Origin: the human T2T-CHM13v2.0 reference genome, Homo sapiens
Length of the DNA: 64,000 nucleotides
Assembly (NCBI RefSeq): GCF_009914755.1
Contig: NC_060937.1
Direction: 5' to 3' (one strand)
Part shown: positions 1-10,611 of the stretch, piece after piece
Position numbering within the stretch: the stretch's first letter is position 1
Layout of the letters: every line of letters starts with the position of its first letter
Notes under the pieces: generated by a model
Told to the model about the DNA's origin: nothing
What the model saw: only the letters and a program-made list of their open reading frames with translations
Database searches by the model: none
Program-made: the position numbers and the translations under genes

Positions 1-400
1 TGTTCCCCATTCTTAGAAGCTATTTTGAAATAAAGAGCCATGAGGAATCATCAGCCTCATACAAAGATAACATATTGCTTTATTTTATTTCTGCAGTTTT
101 TTTGTTAGTTCAAGGGATTGGATATCAACAGTCTAGAGGAATAGTAATATCCGGGCAGATATCCTTAACACATCCCTTCCACCCTTGGTTAATTCCTAGG
201 CAGCCTATCAGAAGTGTTCAGTTGGGTCCCAAGTGGTTCAGGGATCTCTCCAGGCTCTGACTCCTCAAGGTCATCACCTCTTTGCTCTTGTCTGAGGGCT
301 CCGGTTTCCATCCTGGGATGCCGGATGCCTCGCATAAGAGTCTTCAGTAGTTTGACTGCTGCCTTTCAGCTCTTGCTGGCCCAGGAACCTGCTTCCTCAG

Positions 401-536
401 TTTGTCCACAGAGCATCAACCACAGGATCCCATCCCATTACCAGGCAGGCCAGGCATTTAAAATTTCAACCCGAGCCCGGAGATGCTTTGGATTGTGCAG
501 CCGTAGGGAGTAATAGCTATGTTTTCACGGTTCTTG
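401..536 (+). pseudogene. Candidate exon A (…RQARHLKFQPEPGDALDCAAVGSNSYVFTVL); 5' boundary uncertain
   Basis: Frame open from 356. Possible acceptors at 369, 400 or 411. Donor TTG|gtaatt at 537, phase 1. Confidence 0.35.
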
Positions 537-1043
537 GTAATTATATTGAACTTCCTTATTTTAATATTAGGAATATACACTGAAAATTTGTAGGTTAAAA
601 AAAGAAAAATAAAAACAAATGAATTTACTTTATGATTCCTCTTTAAAAATAATGACCAATAAAATGTAGGTAGAAGGAGCTTTAGTAGTAGCTATAAGAA
701 GAAACACTTTAAAATAATGAGGTCCCTTATTCCCTTGGACAAATATATTATTCAGATACGAACTGTATCTTAATGCAATGTTTTCCATTTAAAATAACTA
801 TTAATAAAGTAAATGAATGAAGCATTGGCTCCTTGTTTCCCAAACATGTATATAATACTTCAAATAACAATACCAGTACGTATTTGGTATAAACGTTCTT
901 TCCAATGATTCTAAAGATTAAAAAAGAAAAGGCTTTCTCTCCTCCTCTTCTCCCACTGCAAGATAACTAAAGAAGGTAAAAGTTCTAGACCTCAGGGTTC
1001 AGAAGAGTATTATAAGATGCAGGAGTTTGGCCTCAAGTTTAAT

Positions 1044-1119
1044 TTTATATTTTATTTAAATATAAATAACTTTATTCAGATTTATTTAAATATAAATAAC
1101 TTTATATTTTATTTAAATA
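1044..1119. repeat. AT-rich ~30-bp-period tandem duplication
   Basis: tttatttaaatataaataactttat at 1051-1075 and 1081-1105. Confidence 0.85.
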
Positions 1120-1162
1120 GCACGCAATGAAGCTGATGCCTATTTTACTGCTTCCTTACCAG

Positions 1163-1245
1163 AATGTTTCAACTCCAGCAACTGGGTGAAAAGCATCTCA
1201 GATTTCATAGGAAAACAAGGCCCACTTTGTGTACACATATGTCAC
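1163..1245 (+). pseudogene. Candidate exon B (ECFNSSNWVKSISDFIGKQGPLCVHICH)
   Basis: Acceptor ttttactgcttccttaccag, open frame, weak donor CAC|gtaatc; phase 1 to 0. Confidence 0.4.
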
Positions 1246-1564
1246 GTAATCAAATAAACTAGAAAATACTTATATATAAGAAGTGAAGTTATACATATTC
1301 TTTAAATACATATAATAACTGATTAAAAACTAAATTGCTAGTAAACATGATTTAAATCTAAAACATACAAGTGTTAAAAGACAAGGGAAACTATTTTGCA
1401 GTAAGTATTCTAAACAATTTTTCCAGAATTCCAAAGATCCTAGATAAATTTATATACATATGAAAATACAAATATCAGTCTTCACATTCCCACTCTACTG
1501 TTATATAAATTTCCGGTTAAAATATATAAGCCATGGCTTTTCTTTCCAGCTCCTAGAGGCCTAA

Positions 1565-1830
1565 GATGATGTCCCTGCCTCGGCATGGAATGTCTTCTCT
1601 CCCTCTACCCACCAAATTACTACATCTCTTTCAAGGCCCTTTTCGAAAGCTCTTTTTCATGGAGCTTTCCCCACTGTACAAGTCAGAATTAATTACTTCT
1701 TCCTATGGGCTCTCAAAGCACTTTGAACTTCTAAATGGCAATTACTTTACTCTGCCTTGCACTATTTACATGTTTAAATATGTCTGCCTCACAAGGCTTT
1801 AGGTTCCTTGAAGACAACATCTTAATCAAC
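1565..1830 (+). mobile_element. L2 LINE 3' fragment
   Basis: Degenerate match to recalled L2 3' region (ggaatgtcttctctccc…aggttccttgaagac). Confidence 0.6.
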
Positions 1831-2312
1831 CTTTTCCCCCGCTACCCCATTGGATTTCTTTCATTCACGTGTACTTAATTATAATTTGGAAAATTGTTAC
1901 CAGTTACGGAATTGCTGCCCAATAACTTTGGGTTAAAAATAACAGAATTGAAATTATTGTTTTTTACAATCCCTTCCAGTCAAATTCTGACTGTAAATGA
2001 TGCCTTTCCATGTTGATCATTTTGTACTTTTGACAAGAAGGCAGCAATGTTAAAACTGTCTATGTGTGGTATTTTCCAATATTCCTTGGACTCCTAAATG
2101 CACCCTTTAATATATCATACCTGTAGAATGTCTGCAAATGTCACTTGGATAACTATCTTTTCCCTGTGCTTTACTAAGATTAACCTTTTGAGTCATATAA
2201 ATCAAAAATTCAAGGAAAGAGAAAAAGCTGAAATGGATGTCACCTTTGTCCCTTTACTTTGTGAAACTTTCAACTTGAATACTGTATCATTGGTGATATT
2301 TTAAACTTTTAG

Positions 2313-2343
2313 CCATATATCTATGATGTTTCTTTCCATGGAG
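2313..2343 (+). pseudogene. Candidate exon C (PYIYDVSFHG)
   Basis: Acceptor ttttaaacttttag, strong donor GAG|gtaaga; phase 0 to 1. Confidence 0.5.
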
Positions 2344-2924
2344 GTAAGAACAAACATTATTCACTCTCAGACGTCTTCTAATTTGGGGAAAGGCATTTTG
2401 CAGTTAGAAAAATATGAGACTGGGTTTAAACAATTCCCCCAAGGAGTGTAAATAGTATCAGAATTGAAAATAACCCCTAATTTTTCAGTTCTAATCAGCG
2501 TCCTAGTCTCTGGAGTGTCTAAAATACTGTACATTTGTACAATACTGTACAAATGATGATTCTCAAATCATCTATTAGATGTGTGTAGACCACCTATGTA
2601 GATGTATTAAAGTGTATGTAGATCTATGTAGAACACATGAATTAAACCTCAAAGGGCTACGTAAATGTACTGAGCATTGTTTTCTAGTTGTTAGACTGTT
2701 ACCTTTTCACTAATACGTAGTTTCATACAAGATCAAATAAATTCCTCCTTCACTGAGTTTAAACTATATTTGTTTATCTTTTCACACTTTGTACTTAGTT
2801 TTAAAATCATCTGATTTTCTATGATAACCAGATTAAGATGGATATCTATGCTTATATTGACAGAAAAAAACTGAGGTTCAGTCGTTTAATGTCAAAAATT
2901 CCCCTTTTTTCTTTCGTATTTCAG

Positions 2925-2974
2925 GATCTTTCCTCTCTTTGTTAAACTTAGTAACAGGAAAAGAAATGTTAGAG
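2925..2974 (+). pseudogene. Candidate exon D (GSFLSLLNLVTGKEMLE)
   Basis: Strong acceptor cccttttttctttcgtatttcag. Donor GAG|gcatga is GC-type or a mutated GT; phase 1 to 0. Confidence 0.45.
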
Positions 2975-3843
2975 GCATGAGTGGGTGAAACTTAGAAGCA
3001 CTTTAGAAGAGCTTGCCTTTGAATTGATTGCTATTTAATGATATATATAGATTAATTTGGCATGTGCTAATGTTAATTCTTAATTATTTTTCTTATTTAT
3101 GAAAAACTATATCAAAAACACACACATGCCACTGTAATGCTTACATTTGAAATATCTTTATCCCATATTAAGTGTTTACATAAAACTTTTGTCTTTGTAT
3201 ATTTCTGATCATGTATTAAACTGAGTTTACATAAAAGAACAGCACATTTTAAACATCAATAGTGGCTATATTGCTGTATTTTATTTTGAATATCATTAAA
3301 AATTAGTGTTCATGGATTAATATATAATCCATATATTATTGTAAAATTGTGCCAGAAGTTGTCAATGAAAGGATTTGTATAATATAATTCTATATAACCA
3401 GAGTGGAAGTTGTACTGTATAAAAAGGGCACAAAGCAATATTCTACCGTATAAGTTCAGGTTTGGACTTAAATTTCAAAGTACCAGTTGTTGAAATCTGT
3501 AGCAATTGAGAAATAAGAAAATGAAGCAATGATAAATTAAGAAAAAATTAAGAGAAATATTTGCTATTATTTAATTTAAATATTCAATTTCATCATTCAT
3601 ATTTAGGAGAAAACAGAAATTTAGAGAAAATAAAAAGGTTCAATATGAATTTAAAATCATATACAGATATATGGCCACTTAAAGGCTAAATGTGACACCT
3701 TTTTTATAGCCAAAATTTTATTGGAGTCTAAATAATTAAAATTGTCTGAATGAGGAAATAATTAGGATCTTAGTTTAGAGCAGAAACATTACTCATATTT
3801 GTAGTCTACAAAGCAACTTTGCATACATAATGTTATCTTCTAG

Positions 3844-3876
3844 GATGCTAGTATGGGTATAGCAATGAAATTACAG
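3844..3876 (+). pseudogene. Candidate exon E (DASMGIAMKLQ)
   Basis: Acceptor gttatcttctag, strong donor CAG|gtaagc, 33 nt; only the phase 0-0 frame is open. Confidence 0.5.
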
Positions 3877-4062
3877 GTAAGCACTGTTCAACCACCAAAT
3901 AAGTACAAATACTTTACAGATTGTGTGTATGATTGTAGTGAAATCCCTTTTGCATCTGCAGGAAGCTTATGCTTTTGTGAAGTTTCATTTAGATCAAAAG
4001 CAAAGAGAAAACCTAGAGTTTTTTTTTTTTTTTTTTAGTTCTTATCCTCATCTGATCTCTAG

Positions 4063-4178
4063 TTGAAGTTACCCTTAAATGCTCCTTTTCCTCTTCACTT
4101 GGAACAACCAAAATACCTAAATTATAAAAGCCACTGGGATATAAATGCCATGAGAAAAATCCCAAAGAATGAAAAGGA
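4063..4178 (+). pseudogene. Candidate exon F (LKLPLNAPFPLHLEQPKYLNYKSHWDINAMRKIPKNEK)
   Basis: Acceptor cctcatctgatctctag and 38 open codons. Donor is either GA|ataaga (GT>AT) or TG|gtgtgc at 4188 past a TAA; both are phase 2. Confidence 0.45.
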
Positions 4179-5649
4179 ATAAGAATGGTGTGCCACTTTG
4201 TCACTATTGTTTTTAAGAGAAAAATAAAATATTATTATATATACAGTTGAATTAAATTGTGGTTTCAGTTAGTTATAAGATAAACGCTTATTGAACCCAA
4301 CACAACTTATTTTAATTGTAACAAAAATGAAAGAGTTTAAAACTGGCACATTAGGTTTTTGGTATTATGTAATTGATTTTTAAAGTATAAGCATACAAGT
4401 TCAGTGCATGATATGTATAGACTATGTATCAACATGTTCCTTAGGAAAAAAACATATAATATTAATATCATCACTACTAAAGCCACATTTTTATATAAGT
4501 ATCTACAATGTAATGTCTGACTTAGGTACCAGGTAGGATACAAAGAAGGTTCAGATAGAAATCTCCTCCTATAGGAGTTTACAATTTAGAGAATTATACC
4601 TTAGCTGTAATAAATCCAAAGCAAAAGTAAATCCATAAAGCCAAACAACAGATCAGATTTGTCATGTGCTAATGTTAATTCTCAATTATTAACAGATTCT
4701 TAACAGATTCTTCTAACTAGTGATCAATATAAAGATACAAAACTCTGAACTGACATAAAACAGAGCCAGTAGGTAAAATATGAGTGAGTATAAGATATTT
4801 TTGAAAAAATAAACTTACTATATTTCAAAATGGATAAGTTGGATTCTCATTAAGGCATCAGGAAAAAAAAAAATCTAGAGCTTACCATGGCTATAAAAGT
4901 GTTCAAAGGTTGAGCCCCCCTTTGAAATCCTCCCCACACTGAGGATTTAGATGAAATTTGCGGAATTGGAAATAAATACATAACAATACTCTAAATAAAA
5001 ATACTCTACATCCTGACCAATTTTTATATCTCAGCAAACTTCAAATGTAATATAAAATTCAGTGACTGTCATGCTGACAAGTTATTCAGACATATAATAA
5101 AGGAAAATAGCTTTGATTTGTAGCTTTAATTTGAAGATTCTATTATCTTCTGTAAATTGTTAACTACAATTTTAGTTAATTTTGATAGAGAATGCCAAGT
5201 TGAATTACTATATTCAAAAGGTTTATTTGATTTTCTTAAAAAAGTATAAATGTTTTATATACACACAAAATATTACATATATATGCTTATAAACATATAG
5301 TGTCACATACATGGTACATAATATGTTTTTATTGAATCGAAAAAGTATAGGAAGTTTATGTCATTTACATCATTCTGGATTTTTTTTTATTATAATGCCC
5401 ACTTAAAAGGTTAAAAAATTCTTATTTCTCTGGATATTGGAAAATTTGACTTTTTGGAAGCTCCTTGTAAGAAGTAAGAAATAAAGCTATCATGATATTA
5501 AACAGAATTATAGAATCTATAATAAAAAAATTACTTCTAAGCCATTACATTTTATTCTGAAGTCCCAGTGACCATTCCCATTTTCTCCTATGTGTGTGAG
5601 AAATAACTGATGTTTAGCAATTGAGTTTATTTTTATTACTGAACTCAAG

Positions 5650-5747
5650 TCAAAGTCTCAGCTTGGGTCAAGTTCTCAAAGATGGGCAGATTTAATATAT
5701 GTGTCACCATCTTGATATTGCCAAACTTCAGATGAAAGTGATGGTTG
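5650..5747 (+). pseudogene. Candidate exon G (QSLSLGQVLKDGQI*YMCHHLDIAKLQMKVMV) with premature stop
   Basis: Strong donor TTG|gtgagt at 5748. Acceptors at 5649, 5655 and 5661 all give phase 2. In-frame TAA at 5693-5695. Confidence 0.45.
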
Positions 5748-6361
5748 GTGAGTCTGTGAATTGAGGACAAACCCTGTGTTAATGTTGATACGGCATTCAA
5801 AAACTCATTTATTTTTGTTCTAAGTTGCAATTCATTTTGCTAGGCTGACATTAATTTTTACAATTGCCTCTTTTTCTCCAGTTTATCCAGTCATTATTTT
5901 AGTCACTGAACTGGTGTGTTATTGTATTTATTATTTAAAAAAATAGAACGTGAAAATTTATGTATGTCTTTTATTTTTCTTTGATAAGTTTATGAAACAA
6001 ATATCTAAAATTATTTTAGGTAAAAAGCCTAGTTCCTTTAAGTAAAAAAAAAAAAAAACGTTAAGTTGTATGCTCCCATTAATGAATAGTTTTTGAAGAT
6101 CAAACAAGCCAGAATCAATTTTACACATATCAGGTGATATGTCCAGAGTTTGCATTTAAAAATGAATTTGCAATTGTCTTTTGTCTCTATTTCCTAATTC
6201 ATTTTTAGGGCTTTAAAGATCTGTTGTAACAGGACTCTTGTTACATTTAATAAGTGCCACGTTGATTGGCGTTCTCTAAGTAGGCTTTTCAGTTTGCCTG
6301 TGGGGAAATTTAATATAAAAACATTCAACATTCTTTTATTAGTGTTTTTTACTATTCCCAG

Positions 6362-6416
6362 TCCCATCAGACCTTTGGTGCAAGCAGTGTATTATTGAAA
6401 AGCTTATCTGTAAGAA
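6362..6416 (+). pseudogene. Candidate exon H (VPSDLWCKQCIIEKLICK)
   Basis: Acceptor gttttttactattcccag, donor GAA|gtgagc; phase 1 to 2. Confidence 0.55.
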
Positions 6417-6955
6417 GTGAGCCAAGGGGAAATTCAGCCTTTATTAATATTGACATCATGTTCCCACACAATGGCTGTCTAAAGAAACTTTTCAATTGGA
6501 TTTCAACTGCTTTGATGCAATATAAATGGAAACAACTGAATGCATGGTTTAACACAGAATAGTGAATGATGCTGTATCCTCCAAACCCAAACAAAGTTGG
6601 AGTTTAGAGGTATTTCAGGACCATATCGAGTATCTTAAATTTATAATGATTTGCAGAATGTTATGTTAACTTGGTAGGTCCTAGAATAGATACATTTTCT
6701 TAGGGCCTCTCCCCTCCCCACCATTGCTATTTTAAAAGAGGAGACCAATTGAGATATTTTCAAGATAGAAGTTATATTTAAGTACCAAGATAAGATTTCA
6801 GTAAAGAAATGTTATGTTTGAGGATACATTAAGCTAAGATTATTATTTCTATATATATTGCTATACAGTGTCAACATCCAGAAAAGATTATAGAGACAAC
6901 TCAAACCAATTTATTGAAAACTTAGTTGTAGTTATTCTACTTTCTTCTACGACAG

Positions 6956-7115
6956 CAAGAAAAAGCTCAGTGAGTTAGGTTGCTTTTTACAAAAACCTAG
7001 AGTGCAGATCGAAATCATCCAGGTGAACAAGAAATACATATTTGTCAGCTTCACCATGGAACTAGACTGTAAAGATATAACTATTAGCGCAAGCAGTAAA
7101 CTAACACTCAAGTAA
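6956..7115 (+). pseudogene. Candidate terminal exon I (NKKKLSELGCFLQKPRVQIEIIQVNKKYIFVSFTMELDCKDITISASSKLTLK*)
   Basis: Acceptor ttattctactttcttctacgacag, 52 open codons in AT-rich DNA, then TAA and AATAAA 5 nt later. Confidence 0.55.
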
Positions 7116-7120
7116 AAGGA

Positions 7121-7126
7121 AATAAA
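7121..7126 (+). terminator. Candidate polyadenylation signal AATAAA
   Basis: Directly follows the candidate stop codon; the hexamer alone is common in this AT-rich DNA. Confidence 0.4.
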
Positions 7127-8619
7127 ATCTGCACAATTAGAAAAAGTAGTTGACAGTTTGCTTAGAACCCTAAATGTAATTTATTGGAGAATACATTCTT
7201 GACTCAATGAATACTATCACTTTTTTGGTTAAACAGTCCAAATTTGACATCCAGAACATTTCTTTAAAGTCACCATTTTCCTGGAAACACTCTAATTTTG
7301 AGATGTCTAGGGCTATATTTAGCTTTTGAACAGTAGTCTTTGAAAAAATATGGTTATGAAACAGATTGATTTAGAGGAGCATTATAATTAGCTGCCGAAT
7401 ACGTTAGAAGGATAGATTATTCTACATGAATCACAGAGCTCACTTTAAGTGTCATTCCCCATTCTAAACTGCCAGCTTAATTTCTTCTCATTTTTCACCA
7501 CGAGAGCCTTTTTTCTATTATGCCAATAATAAAGGGTTAGTTGTCATGAAATAGGCATACCTTTGTGAAATAATGAATTATAAACTGTTTTGTTTCCATT
7601 TTTAAAATAACTGAGTCATGACTACTTGATTTGACAATAACCAGAAAAAACCATCCAGAAAACAACCTTATTTAAAAAATATATGCCCGGATTTAGTAGC
7701 TTTATGAGCCTCTGCAAAACATTTTTAGACAAATAGAGAAAAATCTATAACATAGAATAGCATAAAATGATCATAAGTATGGTTGGCCAAATGATATATT
7801 TTGGAATGTAAGAAAATTGTTATGTAAAGAACAACTGAGACAATACTGATGATCAATATTTAAGAAAAAATTTAAGATGATACATATAAATTAAAACGTG
7901 CTTTAAAAAATAATTCTAGAAATTGATGATTTGACAATAAATATGAAAATGCTATTAATCTTCAAAACCCATTTAAAATTTATCAGTTAAAAATAATAGC
8001 ATTATCCTAGGTGAATTTTATGGAAGAATCTGCATTATACAATCTTGGAACAGTCTTAGTAAGAATTGTGTAAAACATTATAACCTTGACGTTTATCACA
8101 GGTGTAAGATTTAAAAAATTGAATAAACACTTAAAACGTGCTATTACTCCGAACATATGTCATTCTGCTAGATGCATAATGAATGTTCAGTAAACAATAA
8201 GTTGAATACTAAAATACAAATAGCAGGTAAGCCCTTCATTATTCTTTAGAAATGCCTATTTCTTCCTATTTTTTTTTTTTTGCATTGCTTTCTATTTTCA
8301 AAAAAAAAGTTTCCAAAATTAATTACACTGGACCCAATGATAGAAAATAAAGTGATTTGTTTCTAAAATGATGATGTTCTAGAACCCAGACTGGCAAGCA
8401 ATTAAAGAAGCAGCATTACTATAATAGAATCACTCTGGGCTGGGCTTTCGTGTTGCCCGGTATGTTGGAGAAAGAAGCAAGGGGAGAAAGAGTGCAGAAG
8501 AAATTCTGCATAGGTATGCACGAAAGCACAAGAACCTGTTGTGTTGCTGAAATGTAGGTACAGAGTGCTGGAGGTTGGGGAACCTGCCCTAACTCTCCTC
8601 TGAGAGCTCTTTCAAGACT

Positions 8620-8760
8620 TGTTATAACAGATTGCTGCATCCCATCCCAGAATTTCAGTAGATCTGGGTGCATCTAAGATTTTTTTCTTTTTCTTTCTAC
8701 CAAGTTCTTCAGTGTTAATAATGTTGCTGGTTCAAGAAGCACAGTGTGAGAAGTAATGAA
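8620..8760. mobile_element. MER5A-like hAT-Charlie fragment
   Basis: acagattgctg…cccagaatttcagtagatctggg…tttctaccaagttc…gctggttc…cacagtgtgagaag. Confidence 0.65.
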
Positions 8761-9369
8761 TTAAAGAATGAGCCTGGTATGTATGTGAAAATATTTCTAC
8801 CCTTATCAGATGGGGAACATTGTTTTCAGGGCTGTTAAAAAATAGTCGTGTTACTACGATATTAATGTTTCCCTGATTCTTGGAGTTACATGTCATATTT
8901 AAAGAAGAAAACAATCACTAGATATCACCTACCACATGGCCAAAATTCTCAGGGATAATTATACTGTTATATGGCAAACCTGTAGTTAGAGAAAACTGAG
9001 ATAGATACAGTACCGCAGTTCTTGCGGGTGTCTGGATGTAGGTATATTCTTAGTTCAGCTCTGGAGCTGTATACAACCTTTTACCAATAATCATCAGAAA
9101 AATGCTTTATTCTCCAATTATTTGTACGACCATACGCCACTATGGAGAAATATCTCTGATTGTGGTTAAAAACTCTGCCATTTAAACACCCCCTTAAATT
9201 AACTGACATTCAGTATTCCCTTGCACAGGAGCAGTTCACAACTTTAGGAAAGTTTCTAGAATTTCTATGTCCTGTCTGCTCCTGCTGGGTGAGCCATTTG
9301 CCTATGCAGAGTCAGTTGTTTGTTCTTAAATCTGTTTTGCCAGTGGTAGTTATTATTGTAATAACGTAA

Positions 9370-9676
9370 TTTTTTTTTTTTTTTTTTTTGAGATGGAGTC
9401 TTGCTTTGTCGCCCAGGCTGAAATGCAGTGGCATGATCTCGGCTCGGCTCACTGCAGCCTCTGCCTCCTGGGTTCAAGCGATTCTCCTGCCTCAGCCTCC
9501 TGAGTAGCTGGGATTACAGGGGCATGCCGCCATGCTTGGCTAACTTTTGTATTTTTAGTAAAGATGGGGTTTCAGCATATTGGCCAGGCTGGTCTTGAAC
9601 TCCTGACCTCAGGTGATCCACCTGCCTCGATCTCCCAAAGTGCTCTAATTACAGGTGTGAGTCACTGCACCCAGCC
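9370..9676 (-). mobile_element. AluS (Sx-like), full length
   Basis: T20 tail and dimeric Alu body. TSD tgtaataa(c/t)gtaatt at ~9357 and 9679. Confidence 0.97.
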
Positions 9677-10119
9677 CCTGTAATAATGTAATTTCATAAA
9701 ATATTGAATGAAGATTTTTTAAATAAGTAAAAAATTACAAAACTTAATGAAAATAAGTTATTATTATGGTGTCAAATTAGATAGAGACAAGATAACTGTA
9801 AAAATGCAGAAAATAATGCAAATCTAGAAGTATTTTTGTAATTATTTTGCTTTGAAAATGATTTCAAATTGTGGCTTCACTGTAAGGAATTGCAGAGAAT
9901 CCTGGAGAATGCATTTTAAGTATTTATGAAAGAAAGATTATGTTGGATTCTATTTGAGGTAGACCCATTTTTCAGAGAAAAAACTTTTGTCCTATAGCAA
10001 AAGATTAATGAATAAATACATACTTGGATTTAAGTTAAAATAAAATGGTCATGATAGGTCTGCTTTATCCTCATCCTCATCCTTCTCACTACCATCCTCT
10101 GCTTTAATTTACCATGACA

Positions 10120-10611
10120 AAGATTGCTCCTTTTCTAGCCAAGTAAGTTCTCACCTTCTTTCATAGTAATAGAGTTGTTGATGGCATGTCTTACTAGGAA
10201 CCACGTTTGCTAGTTTTCCCAGCCTCTTGCAGTTAACTGTGGTTATGTGACTAAATTCTTATCAGTCGCAGTTGAGCATCAGTGATGGATGCCAATTCCA
10301 GACCTGGTCCTTAAAACATTGCTGAGTCAAAGCTGCGTCACAGCTTGCGATGGTGTTCTTCCTCCTCTATACCTGCCCCTTCACAAGATCAAGAGCACAG
10401 ATGTGCCTGAGACACAGCTTTCCTGGATATTAGGGATACATCACTGGGGATAACAGAAAATGGAAGAAGCACGGGTTTCTGAATGACCACATGCAAAAAA
10501 GCCTTGCTGCATAAACAAAACCAAAACTAAAAACCACGTGGTTATTTCAGCAAGCAATGTTAGACGTTTTTGTTCTTGTTGCAGCAACTTAACTCTTAAC
10601 CCTAATTCATT
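10120..10611 (+). mobile_element. MLT1 (J-like) MaLR solo LTR
   Basis: ttcccagcctcttgcagtt…atgtgactaaattct…ccagacctggtcc; ends ttgttgcagcaac…accctaattcat. Confidence 0.7.

Larger units (their letters stand above)
401..7126 (+). pseudogene. Candidate multi-exon gene remnant (9 phase-compatible exons, 3' end with stop and poly(A) signal); product not recognised
   Basis: Manual splice-site reading. Exons ~401-536, 1163-1245, 2313-2343, 2925-2974, 3844-3876, 4063-4178, 5650-5747, 6362-6416 and 6956-7115 join in phases 1,0,1,0,0,2,1,2. TAA at 7113-7115, AATAAA at 7121-7126. Lesions: in-frame TAA 5693-5695, GC donor at 2975, AT donor at 4179. Confidence 0.5.

Noticed and set aside
190-513. ORF 214-513 (+) and a short minus-strand ORF (MRGIRHPRMETGALRQ…)
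   Set aside because: No recognisable protein; a different plus frame has the splice donor that fits the exon chain.
4073-4116. Minus-strand mini-exon (ILVVPSEEEKEHLR) with AG/GT ends, possibly joining a 22-nt segment near 1160-1181
   Set aside because: It overlaps plus-strand candidate exon F and does not extend into a longer chain; the plus-strand model explains more sites. Not fully excluded.
7891-8142. Repeated ttaaaacgtgct (ACGTG, HRE-like) at 7891 and 8131
   Set aside because: Two 12-mers in AT-rich DNA are insufficient evidence for a regulatory site.
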